From Myxococcota bacterium (GTDB lineage Bacteria > Myxococcota_A > SURF-8), in assembly GCA_965140415.1 (NCBI GenBank), contig OZ223209.1, forward strand, positions 4,512,001-4,576,000: DNA of 64,000 nucleotides. Direction: 5' to 3'. Below, in pieces: positions 19,776-28,306 of the stretch. The position numbers and the translations under genes are program-made. Numbering within the stretch: position 1 is the first letter of the stretch; every line of letters starts with the position of its first letter. The notes under the pieces are model-generated. The model did not search any database. It was not told the origin of the DNA and worked only from the letters and a program-made list of their open reading frames with translations.

Positions 19776-21242
19776 TTAGTATGCCAAGGTTAGCTTTAAA
19801 AACGCCTCGTGCTTGAGGTAGTCGTAATAGGTTACCTGCTGTACCTGCTGGTTTGCGGCAGCGGAACTGTCGATAATGCGGTACACGAAATCGCTGTCAC
19901 GCCAGGTAAAGGTGTAACCGATTTCCATATAAATCCACGACAGGAAATCATATCGCATGCTGGGCGTAACGGACGCCTCGAATTCGATGTCGCGATTACC
20001 CAACGCCAAAAACTGATTGGCGGCTTCATCGGTATCTACACCATAAGGCGTTCCCTGATCGTCAATGCCGCTATCCGTGCGTCCGAACTCGAAGATGGAG
20101 AAATAGCCATAGAGGGAAAGCTTAAGGCTGTCATTGACAAACCACTGCTTGAATTCCATGTAAATCTTGTTGTCCACTTGGTAGGAGAACGTCGTGACCG
20201 GATTGAAGCTACGCGCGTAACCGCCTTTCAGTTGCGTACGCGGTGTAAACTGTCCAACCAGTTCCAGGCGTCCAAGGAAGTTGTTGTAATCTTCCTGCCG
20301 ACCGGAAGAGAAGGAGTTTCCATAACCAGCGGCAACGTTGATAAGGAATTTGTTGGTCACACGACCCATCACGCCAAGCAGTATGCGCAACGGCATGGCG
20401 CTGGGTTCGGAACTATTGGTATTCCCATTGTCATTGGTCACATTGAAATCGTAGTAATCACGAATGCCGAAACTGTTGGACATGAACAACGCCGTTTTGG
20501 GGAAGAATTCCCATTCCCAATTCAGCAGAAAGTTGTGTTCCATCCAATTTTGATTTGCGTAGATATTCACGCCTGCGGCGTCTTTCTTCGAATCGTAACG
20601 CTCCAGATCGTGGGTGTATCCCAAGGTAAAGCGTAGTTGCCCGCCACCGGGACGGATGTTCAATTTAGCTGAGAGTTGATTGTGCATACGGTCGTTGGTA
20701 TCGACAATACCGACTTTCTTCGGCTCGATGGAACGAGTGAAGGTATCGCTTACTTCAAAACCTGCAACCGCTTTGCGGAAAAGATTCAGCGCGACACGCA
20801 CATTACCGCTGGGAGCGGATAGATCTTTTGTCGTACTGTTATCGATACCGAAATAGCGTACGTAGCGAGCTTCACCATCTAACGTGAAAGCTACGATATC
20901 ACTGGGATAGTTCAATTTAAAAGCGCCGATGATGTGCAGAATATCATCGTAATTCACCAAACCGGAATAATTGGTGTCGTTTTTATCGCTAGCGTTGTTT
21001 ACGTTACTATCAAACACATTCTGAAGGCTCAAACCCGGATGCAACCGGAGTTTACCGATTTTAAAGCCACGATCGTTCTCGGCTTTCTTTTGTTTTTGCT
21101 CCAACGTCTGCATTTCTTCTTGTGCGCTGGCAGTTTGCCCCAAAAAGCCAACCACAAATACGGAAATCACCAACATGGATACGATAAGCCGTAGGTTTGT
21201 AGCGTTCATCCCCAATCCTTCCAAGGATTCCATTATATACAC
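19776..21242 (-). CDS. Outer-membrane beta-barrel, probable polysaccharide porin partner of short Wza (EpsX/Wzp-like)
   Basis: Signal peptide, GKLRLHPGL...FDSNV N-terminus, amphipathic beta-strands and C-terminal LKLTLAY BAM-type signal. Directly upstream of wza. Confidence 0.7.
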   Translation of the reverse strand: MYIMESLEGLGMNATNLRLIVSMLVISVFVVGFLGQTASAQEEMQTLEQKQKKAENDRGFKIGKLRLHPGLSLQNVFDSNVNNASDKNDTNYSGLVNYDDILHIIGAFKLNYPSDIVAFTLDGEARYVRYFGIDNSTTKDLSAPSGNVRVALNLFRKAVAGFEVSDTFTRSIEPKKVGIVDTNDRMHNQLSAKLNIRPGGGQLRFTLGYTHDLERYDSKKDAAGVNIYANQNWMEHNFLLNWEWEFFPKTALFMSNSFGIRDYYDFNVTNDNGNTNSSEPSAMPLRILLGVMGRVTNKFLINVAAGYGNSFSSGRQEDYNNFLGRLELVGQFTPRTQLKGGYARSFNPVTTFSYQVDNKIYMEFKQWFVNDSLKLSLYGYFSIFEFGRTDSGIDDQGTPYGVDTDEAANQFLALGNRDIEFEASVTPSMRYDFLSWIYMEIGYTFTWRDSDFVYRIIDSSAAANQQVQQVTYYDYLKHEAFLKLTLAY

Positions 21243-21358
21243 TATTCAATACGCGAAATCGACGCGAAATCGGTCTCGGCGCAAAGCACCGAGGCCGTCT
21301 TCTCTCTAACACTTCCCACCCGTTCTACCCGTTCGCAACCCGAACGTGATAGATGCTA

Positions 21359-21985
21359 CTAAAAAGGACTAGCCACATCCTTCGGTGGAGTTGGTGGCAA
21401 TTCCGAATCACTGCTTGAGTCATCGAAAACACTGCCAACCTGACCCGTCGTTTGCTGCGACGAGGTATCCGACCGATCGGAATAGCTTTGTTCGCTTGCA
21501 TCATTGGGGTCGATATTATCGACCAAGGTGGTATCGTCACCCAAGGTGATTTCATCTACGATGACTTCTCGTCCACCTTCTTCACCGAAACGACTGGCGG
21601 CACCGAGCTGCTCCTCGGTTTCTTTGATCAATTGCGCAACTTGCTGATCTGCGATATCCAGCAGGTTACATTGGTCCGCCACACATTCCGCCGTGGCACA
21701 CTTGGAGGTGTTTTTCAGCTTGTCATTCGCTTTTTCGACCAATGTTTTCAGTTTACGTAACTCTCGGATCCATTCTTCGTATTTTGGCTTCTGGATCGGT
21801 TCAGCAGCATTCATCTGTTTACCATATTCATCGATCCATTTATCCAAATCTTGAACGGTTTTATCCGCTTTATTCTGGCAAGTCGAGCGAGAAGCCGCCT
21901 GAGCGCTCGCCTGCGAAGCAAAACCGAGGTTGATTGCCAATGACAGCAATACCGCCATAACTAAAAGCAGACGTTTCGTACCCAT
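21359..21985 (-). CDS. Secreted hypothetical protein (helical Cys-containing core, acidic Ser-rich tail)
   Basis: RBS AAGGA before MGTKRLLL and a signal peptide ending ASA. Lies between gltG and the beta-barrel gene. Confidence 0.65.
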   Translation of the reverse strand: MGTKRLLLVMAVLLSLAINLGFASQASAQAASRSTCQNKADKTVQDLDKWIDEYGKQMNAAEPIQKPKYEEWIRELRKLKTLVEKANDKLKNTSKCATAECVADQCNLLDIADQQVAQLIKETEEQLGAASRFGEEGGREVIVDEITLGDDTTLVDNIDPNDASEQSYSDRSDTSSQQTTGQVGSVFDDSSSDSELPPTPPKDVASPF

Positions 21986-22262
21986 CTCGACGTTCCTTTC
22001 CTTGAGCCACTGAACGCCCCCGAACAACTGAGCGCAATTTTTTGTAAATTCTACCTCGTTCGCAAACGAAAGGCAACTAAAAATAACTCTTTTCAAGATC
22101 TTATTTCCCCCCTGGCAATTTGGCATGAACTAAAGTTCAAACCCTTGCACGTAGGATAAGTGCCTATCGCATCATGGATGGATTAAATTCTTTTTTGAAT
22201 CCCGAATTTTTTCTCAATTTTGCCGGGCAAAGTTGCACACACCCCGACCAATATCCGAAAAA

Positions 22263-23639
22263 TCAGCGGCTTGACATGAAAATGAAGGGGTATTCAATAA
22301 CCGTTTCATCTTCCGGCCTTGGGAATCGCCAACGCCTAACGGTTTTCAGAATACATTTTTCAACATTGGAATTACTCAGAGAACTGGAAACAACCGAGGC
22401 ATTGGTAACCGCACCTGTTGAACCAATCGTCCATTCCACTGTCACTTTTCCGTTCAGTTTCGGATTCAAGCGCAATTCCGCTTCGTAACAATGCTTAATG
22501 GCCGGCTGATTTCTTTTGACGATCCGATTTACGGCTTTTTGATCCAGGCTACCATCTACGGTGGGAACGCCCAGAGAGGCCTTGGCCACAATCTTCTTTT
22601 CCGCACGTCCGGATAAACCTTCTTTTCCACCCGAACTGACCTCAGCACGACCGATTTCTTTCGATTCCGGTCCGCCACCACCACCACGTCGTCCACGCTC
22701 GGTTGCCTTTTTGGCGACGCCTACACCGGTGACGCCTTCCATCATGCTATCGATTTCACCAAAGCGTCCACCCTCTTGCAGGGTATCAGCCAAAGCGGTT
22801 CCGCTTCCGTCACTCGCCGGACCTTTGGACGTCAACAGGGCGATTAAACCGGCTCCTGCAACTTTCTTGGCGATTTCTGCACGACGTTTCGCGGCGGCCT
22901 CTGCGCGCTCACGATCGCTCATTTCTTTCTTAGGCTTATTCGAGCCTTCGTTTTCGTCTTTCTTTGCCTTTTTCTCGGGCTTCTTTTCCTCTTTCAGGCC
23001 TTCGCCTTCGCCTTCGAGTTCTTGAGTGTCCTCTTTCAGCTTTGGCAAATCCGTTGCGATGATCTTAGCGAATCGCTCAGCCACCATCTCCAACTTGGCA
23101 CGTTTGGGAATCGGCTGTGTTGAGGCGTACCCGAAGAATGTTGAATGCGCGACGAAAGAAGCGAACAGAATGGCAACATAAACCCAGTCGATCGATTTTA
23201 CCCAGCCTCCACGGATGGATGCCGGAAGCTTCGGTTTTGCTGGCAATGGAGGCGCTTGGACAAAATGGAAAATAACCGTGACTTCACCAAAAGTCACTTT
23301 CCCTTTCATATCGTCGGAGAGCGGTAGCAGATACGCGTTGCCTTTTTTCTTGGCTTTTCCGCTACTGACCATCTCTTTAAGGGAGCCGACAGATCCTGCC
23401 GAAGTTACCTTACCCGACATATCGGAGGTGAATGAAAGCTCGTAACGGCTTCCTTTGTCAATGAAAAGAGGAAACAGTTTGGGAACAGCTGCGTCGGAAA
23501 CCGGAATAATGAAGCTCGCTTTTGGAGACTCGCCAATCGTTACGGTTTGTCGCTTTCGGATAAACCGCTCTTCGATAATCCGGCCTCTTTGTATGATGCC
23601 AATCCGAATGATTTTACCGGATTGTTTAGTGCTCATCAA
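22263..23639 (-). CDS. gltG: GltG/PglI-like TonB/TolA-type energy transducer
   Basis: Cytoplasmic beta-rich N-domain, TM helix with SFVAHS (SxxxH TonB-like), charged/Gly-rich linker and C-terminal IKHCYEAEL..NPKLNGKV...VEKCI...WRFPRP...YPFIF (AgmX/PglI C-terminal domain). Confidence 0.8.
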   Translation of the reverse strand: MMSTKQSGKIIRIGIIQRGRIIEERFIRKRQTVTIGESPKASFIIPVSDAAVPKLFPLFIDKGSRYELSFTSDMSGKVTSAGSVGSLKEMVSSGKAKKKGNAYLLPLSDDMKGKVTFGEVTVIFHFVQAPPLPAKPKLPASIRGGWVKSIDWVYVAILFASFVAHSTFFGYASTQPIPKRAKLEMVAERFAKIIATDLPKLKEDTQELEGEGEGLKEEKKPEKKAKKDENEGSNKPKKEMSDRERAEAAAKRRAEIAKKVAGAGLIALLTSKGPASDGSGTALADTLQEGGRFGEIDSMMEGVTGVGVAKKATERGRRGGGGGPESKEIGRAEVSSGGKEGLSGRAEKKIVAKASLGVPTVDGSLDQKAVNRIVKRNQPAIKHCYEAELRLNPKLNGKVTVEWTIGSTGAVTNASVVSSSLSNSNVEKCILKTVRRWRFPRPEDETVIEYPFIFMSSR

Positions 23640-23856
23640 CTGTCCCTTTCTCGCGGATCACGCAATGCCGAAACCAAAGAAACCTAAAAACCCGCCGGTT
23701 ATTGCTGCGAACACTCCCGCACAACAGCCAGCCTCACGTCGCTTTCCAAATTCCTTCCCTCAAATATGTCCAACGACAGTGATACGCGTTCCGGCGAAAC
23801 GCCACGGCCCCTTTCACTGCAAACACAGAGAAAGGGGTCGGCGAAAACAGAAAACC

Positions 23857-24453
23857 TTAGAGTCGGATTACGGCAAATTCGAATTCCCCGAACTCCGCCT
23901 GACCCGCAGTATACAACACTTCAGCCAATAAGCGATAGGGAACTTCTTCATCACCGATAATCAACATTCTACCCTGAAACTTGACGCTCGAGTTATACTG
24001 GCTAAGTTTCTTTTGTTTCTCAGCCGCCGTCTGCAATGCATCGAACAACGGCGTGATGAAATAGCCATCTTCTCCATCGCGCTTGGCAGACGCGGAAACT
24101 TTGCCCTCTTTCACCTGAACGATCGGCTTGTCATCCACCAGGATGTGCTTTTTCGTAATGGCCAGTGGCGTTAAATGAGAGTGCGTTTCCTGCGTTTCCA
24201 ACGATTGAACCAGCTGCAAATCGGCAGACGGATTGATGTTCAACGGGCTTGTCGCATAGTTCATGAGCATGAAGACGAGCAAGATGGTCATGATGTCCAT
24301 CAATGAGGTAATACTCATTTCCTGCTTGTCACCAGGCCTGCGACCCTTTGAACGCTTGCGCCGCTTAAGCCGCAGCTTACGTTTCTCTTCGAGTTCTTCC
24401 AACTCTTCAGGCGTCAGGTTCTTTTCTTGGGCTGTCGTGTTTATCTCACTCAT
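23857..24453 (-). CDS. aglS: ExbD/TolR-family motor subunit (AglS-like)
   Basis: ITSLMDIMTILLVFML TM with the conserved Asp, and IIGDEEVPYRLLAEVLYTAGQAEF. Confidence 0.75.
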   Translation of the reverse strand: MSEINTTAQEKNLTPEELEELEEKRKLRLKRRKRSKGRRPGDKQEMSITSLMDIMTILLVFMLMNYATSPLNINPSADLQLVQSLETQETHSHLTPLAITKKHILVDDKPIVQVKEGKVSASAKRDGEDGYFITPLFDALQTAAEKQKKLSQYNSSVKFQGRMLIIGDEEVPYRLLAEVLYTAGQAEFGEFEFAVIRL

Positions 24454-24520
24454 CCCGTCTTACTCCTTCAATGCCCCGGCATGCCGCCGGGGCGTATCTA
24501 CCATGCTGTGTGAAGCAGGA

Positions 24521-25219
24521 CTAAACGACGCCGGCTGTCAACACCACTTGTGGAAAGAGAAACTCTTTTTCATTCGCATCGTTGATGAAACTTCTGGAAG
24601 TATCCATCACGCGAATGATCGTCGTAAACAGAATATTCGGATCACTTGAAAGCATAACCTGCTTCTCATCCGGGAAAGCCTTTTTGATAACCTGAAGCTT
24701 CTCGTTGAGCAGCGGATAGTTATGGTCCAGTTCTTCTGTAATCTGCAACGGCCCGGAGCTGTTTTTGTAATTTTCCAGCCGGCTGTTGAGCTCTTCTTCT
24801 TCCATGAGATGGGTGCCCATGGTGTACTTCTTGCCGTTGTGCGTCCAAATCCGCATCAACTCGACAGAGCGCCCCTGAGAGTTACGGCCTTTATAAACCT
24901 TGACGTTCACTTTAGGAATCGTCGGGCCAGTCTGTGCGGTTTGCTCTTCACTGCCTGGCAATACGTTGTTGGCGCTGGCAATATAAATACCCAGCGAGCT
25001 AACGGCCAGAGTCAGGTTCAACGGAGGCTTTTCATCCGTTTTTTCCACGGCTTCGGCCTTGGGACCGATGCGCGGCGAAGAAACGGCGATCGTCGCCACC
25101 TTGATGTATTCCGTCGAGATCAGCAGCGCCGGAATCAGGATGGCCAACAGATTCATGAATGGAATCAGGTCCACCTCGGAACCGACGAGCGACTTCTTGT
25201 ATTTGTCTGTTCTAGACAT
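24521..25219 (-). CDS. ExbD/TolR-family motor subunit (AglQ position)
   Basis: VDLIPFMNLLAILIPALL TM and SDPNILFTTIIRVMD...LFPQV. Located between the TolQ-like and second ExbD genes. Confidence 0.75.
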   Translation of the reverse strand: MSRTDKYKKSLVGSEVDLIPFMNLLAILIPALLISTEYIKVATIAVSSPRIGPKAEAVEKTDEKPPLNLTLAVSSLGIYIASANNVLPGSEEQTAQTGPTIPKVNVKVYKGRNSQGRSVELMRIWTHNGKKYTMGTHLMEEEELNSRLENYKNSSGPLQITEELDHNYPLLNEKLQVIKKAFPDEKQVMLSSDPNILFTTIIRVMDTSRSFINDANEKEFLFPQVVLTAGVV

Positions 25220-25262
25220 AAACTACCCCTTAGTTACCAAAGTTAGGGTATTAAGGTTCGCC

Positions 25263-25907
25263 CTATTTCTCCAAGCCAGTACCTTTGCCGCGAGAAACCA
25301 GCAGATTCTCCAGCTTAACCGAATACTGATCGATTTCCTGGATGATCTTGGTGGTCACGTTCGACAGGAACAGATGCACGGCCATGCAAGGAATCGCGAC
25401 GATCAGACCGAAAGCGGTGGTGTTCATGGCGATCGAAATGGCGGCGGCCAAAACGGTGGCTTTCTGTTCCGGAGCTGCGGTAGCCACAGCCTCGAAGGCC
25501 TGGATCATACCGAAGATGGTTCCGAGCAGACCAAGGTAAGTAGCGATCTGAGCCAGGGTAACCAGGCTGCCGGTACGCTTCTGGATGACGGGCAGCACTT
25601 CCAAGGAGGCTTCTTCGATCGCGTTGGCGATTTCGGTTTCACCCTTGTTGGCGCGAGTCAGACCAGCTTTGATGACTTTGGGCAACGCAGCATTCTGAGC
25701 GGCATTGCAAAGCTTGATCGCACGGTCGATGTTATTGGCCATGACCAGTTTCTGGACCTGAGCCATGAACGCATTCGCATTGATGTTGAAACGGAAAAAG
25801 AGGAACACAAAGCGCTCAATCATAACAGCCAGCGCGATGACCGAAACGGCGGCGATCACGTACATAAAGGGACCACCCTGCTCCATGAATTGTTGCACAG
25901 CACCCAT
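25263..25907 (-). CDS. aglR: MotA/TolQ/ExbB proton-channel protein (AglR-like)
   Basis: GGPFM, IER, ATYLGLLGTIFGMIQAF and AMNTTAFGLIVAIP motifs. Confidence 0.85.
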   Translation of the reverse strand: MGAVQQFMEQGGPFMYVIAAVSVIALAVMIERFVFLFFRFNINANAFMAQVQKLVMANNIDRAIKLCNAAQNAALPKVIKAGLTRANKGETEIANAIEEASLEVLPVIQKRTGSLVTLAQIATYLGLLGTIFGMIQAFEAVATAAPEQKATVLAAAISIAMNTTAFGLIVAIPCMAVHLFLSNVTTKIIQEIDQYSVKLENLLVSRGKGTGLEK

Positions 25908-26083
25908 GATTCAAGACCTCCTGCTACAAAAGCACATTAACGGGATAGAAATTTTCCTTGGATACAATTCCCAAAGGAAACACACGACTCTTTTCACTTA
26001 TTTTGTTTCACACATAACTCATGCCTGAAAGGCACGGGAATGTAATCTACCCTAGCTTATTCATAAAGCCAAGAAAATTTAGC

Positions 26084-26341
26084 TTAAAACGGCTCTTGTT
26101 TTACGGATCGAACGATTCTGGGTAAAAAACTCTCTTTTAGCTTCAACGCATCGTAGTTAATTTTCGATCGTTGCAGCACCAGCGACATCTCCGGTCGCAT
26201 GATTTTACCTCGAATCTCGATACCTTCCTTAATTACCATGCGTTTGACTTTACGCGCTTCAACAACGCTTGGGGAGGCAAACGCAACGATCAACCCCAGC
26301 ACCATCGTAAAGATAATCGTTTTCACTCCGGCGCGCTTTCT
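26084..26341 (-). CDS. gltF: GltF/CglF-like small exported protein
   Basis: Signal peptide, then IEIRGKIMRPE...RSKINY...ESFLPRIVRSV..PF, in the gltF position after the gltD/gltE-like genes. Start is approximate. Confidence 0.7.
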   Translation of the reverse strand, partial: RKRAGVKTIIFTMVLGLIVAFASPSVVEARKVKRMVIKEGIEIRGKIMRPEMSLVLQRSKINYDALKLKESFLPRIVRSVKQEPF

Positions 26342-26469
26342 CATGTTCACTCCCCGCAAATATGGGAACGGATGATAAATTAATGCCTTGATCTTTTCAA
26401 GTATTTTTTTTCATCCCTGATGCAATTCGATTCAAAAAACCACTATTCCCTGTAAATACACCGTAATTT

Positions 26470-28227
26470 CTATTCCACCGGTGGAGGAATTTCCTCTTCT
26501 TCTTCACTTTCCGGTGGGCTGCTTTTCTTTTTCTGGGCTTCTTCGTAGCGCCGCTGAGCCTCTTCCACAGCTTTACGCTCTTCATCGCTCAGACCATCAT
26601 CCGAAGCTTTTTCTTGCTCAACCTTCGGAGATTCCGGCTCGGTTGGCTGCGGCTGCTCTTGCGCCTTTTCATTTTCCTGCTCGGCAGCGGCCTGTTCAGC
26701 GGCAGCTTGCTCGGCGGCGGCCTGCTCGGCAGCAGCTTGTTCGGCGGCGGCTTTTTCAGCGGCAGCCTTTTCCGCAGCGGCTTCCGCTTCTCGCGCCTTA
26801 CGGCGGGCATTACGCTTGATACGTTTCTGTAAACGCACAATCGTTCGCTCGTTCTTGTTCAGGCTGGAATCGATCTCCTCGATGTACTTCGGAGCCGGGT
26901 CATCATCGGAAAGCGGACGCGCCAACTCTTCGTATTTACTCAGGTAACCACGAGCGATGCCCAAACGTTCATTCACGGCTTTCAAATGAACGATTTCTTC
27001 TTCCGAGCTTGCGTTTTCCTTCAATTGCGGCATGATCTGCAAAAAAACCAGTCCGCGATCGAAATACAACTCAATCATACCCGAATTGAGTTTTTCCGCC
27101 TGATCGTAGGCCGCTAGCGCTTCCTTCTCTTTTTCCAATCCCGCTAACGCCGCACCTTTATTCAGGTATGCTTCCGCAAAGCTGGGATTGTAGCGAATCG
27201 CCTTTTCAAAACTTTGCAGCGCCTTGTCGAATTCCTTGGTATCGAGATAATAAATCCCAAGATTATTATGAGCTTCGCTGAAGTCTTCTCGATACTTGAT
27301 CGCATTGATGTAGCTCTGCTGGGCGTCTGCCAGGCGTTTTTCTTTCCGGTCCACCGTCGCCAGTCCATACCAGGCTTCCGCTACGGATTCATCGATTTTG
27401 AGAATGCGCTTGAAAACCATACGCGCCAGTTCGGTTTTTCCCTCATTCAAGTAGGCTTCACCCAAGACCATCAGCGCGGTTGTGTCTTGCTCATTCTTCT
27501 TCAGCGCTTGCTTGGCAATTTCGATGGCACGATTGTTCTCACCATCCAAAACAAGGATTCTGGCCAAAGCAACGCTGAGATCCGTGCTCTCCGGGAAACG
27601 CTGCGTCATCTCTTCGAGAAAACGCACCCCATCCCTGCTACGACCCTGCTGCACGTACGACATCGCCAGGTTAGCAGCCGCAATGTAGTAGTTGCGCTTG
27701 ATATTCAAAGCCCGCTTGAAGCGTTCTTCCGCCGCACGATAATTGCGCTCGCGCATGGACAACAACCCCAGGTTGTTTTCCGCCTGGTAGCATTTGGCAT
27801 CTTTCGCCAACGCCGCCATGAATGTTTTGCGGGCTTCGGCAGGATTATCAGCCGCCATGGCGATACCCCGCTCGATATCCAGAGCGCAACTACCGGTAGC
27901 CTCGAACTCGTAGGGCTTTTCCTTCTCTTCTTCAATGGCCATTGCTTCCGGCAACGGCTCTTCAGGCGTCTTCGCCTGTTCCTCTTCAGGTTTATCAGCG
28001 GGTTGCTGCACGTCTTCTTCCGCAGCAGGGCCCTTGCCTTCTTCTTCTGCAACTGGCGGTTCCGCTTCCACTTCATCGGAGGCCAACCCGGCATCGGGCA
28101 ACAGATCCTCTTTTTGCTTGCTCTTATCGGCAGCACAGGAAGCCACCAACAGCGCCATGATTGCCAGCGCCGCAAGCGACCAGATCCCGGATCGCCAGAT
28201 TGTCCTCTTCCGTTTCATCGAAACCAC
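26470..28227 (-). CDS. gltE: TPR lipoprotein, GltE/AglT-like
   Basis: Lipobox VASC, multiple TPRs (AENNLG, EAHNNLG, AYLNKG) and an Ala/Glu-rich tail. Confidence 0.7.
   Translation of the reverse strand: MVSMKRKRTIWRSGIWSLAALAIMALLVASCAADKSKQKEDLLPDAGLASDEVEAEPPVAEEEGKGPAAEEDVQQPADKPEEEQAKTPEEPLPEAMAIEEEKEKPYEFEATGSCALDIERGIAMAADNPAEARKTFMAALAKDAKCYQAENNLGLLSMRERNYRAAEERFKRALNIKRNYYIAAANLAMSYVQQGRSRDGVRFLEEMTQRFPESTDLSVALARILVLDGENNRAIEIAKQALKKNEQDTTALMVLGEAYLNEGKTELARMVFKRILKIDESVAEAWYGLATVDRKEKRLADAQQSYINAIKYREDFSEAHNNLGIYYLDTKEFDKALQSFEKAIRYNPSFAEAYLNKGAALAGLEKEKEALAAYDQAEKLNSGMIELYFDRGLVFLQIMPQLKENASSEEEIVHLKAVNERLGIARGYLSKYEELARPLSDDDPAPKYIEEIDSSLNKNERTIVRLQKRIKRNARRKAREAEAAAEKAAAEKAAAEQAAAEQAAAEQAAAEQAAAEQENEKAQEQPQPTEPESPKVEQEKASDDGLSDEERKAVEEAQRRYEEAQKKKSSPPESEEEEEIPPPVE
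26677..26781 (-). repeat. Coding 15-bp tandem repeat, (AAAE[K/Q]) x7
   Basis: TolA-like helical repeat in the gltE-like C-terminus. Confidence 0.85.
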
Positions 28228-28306
28228 TTTCTTTTAAACTCTGCGGTACAAACCGCGATCACATGTTCCTTCGCATTTCGACCCATGCCCGAACGGCATT
28301 AATCGG

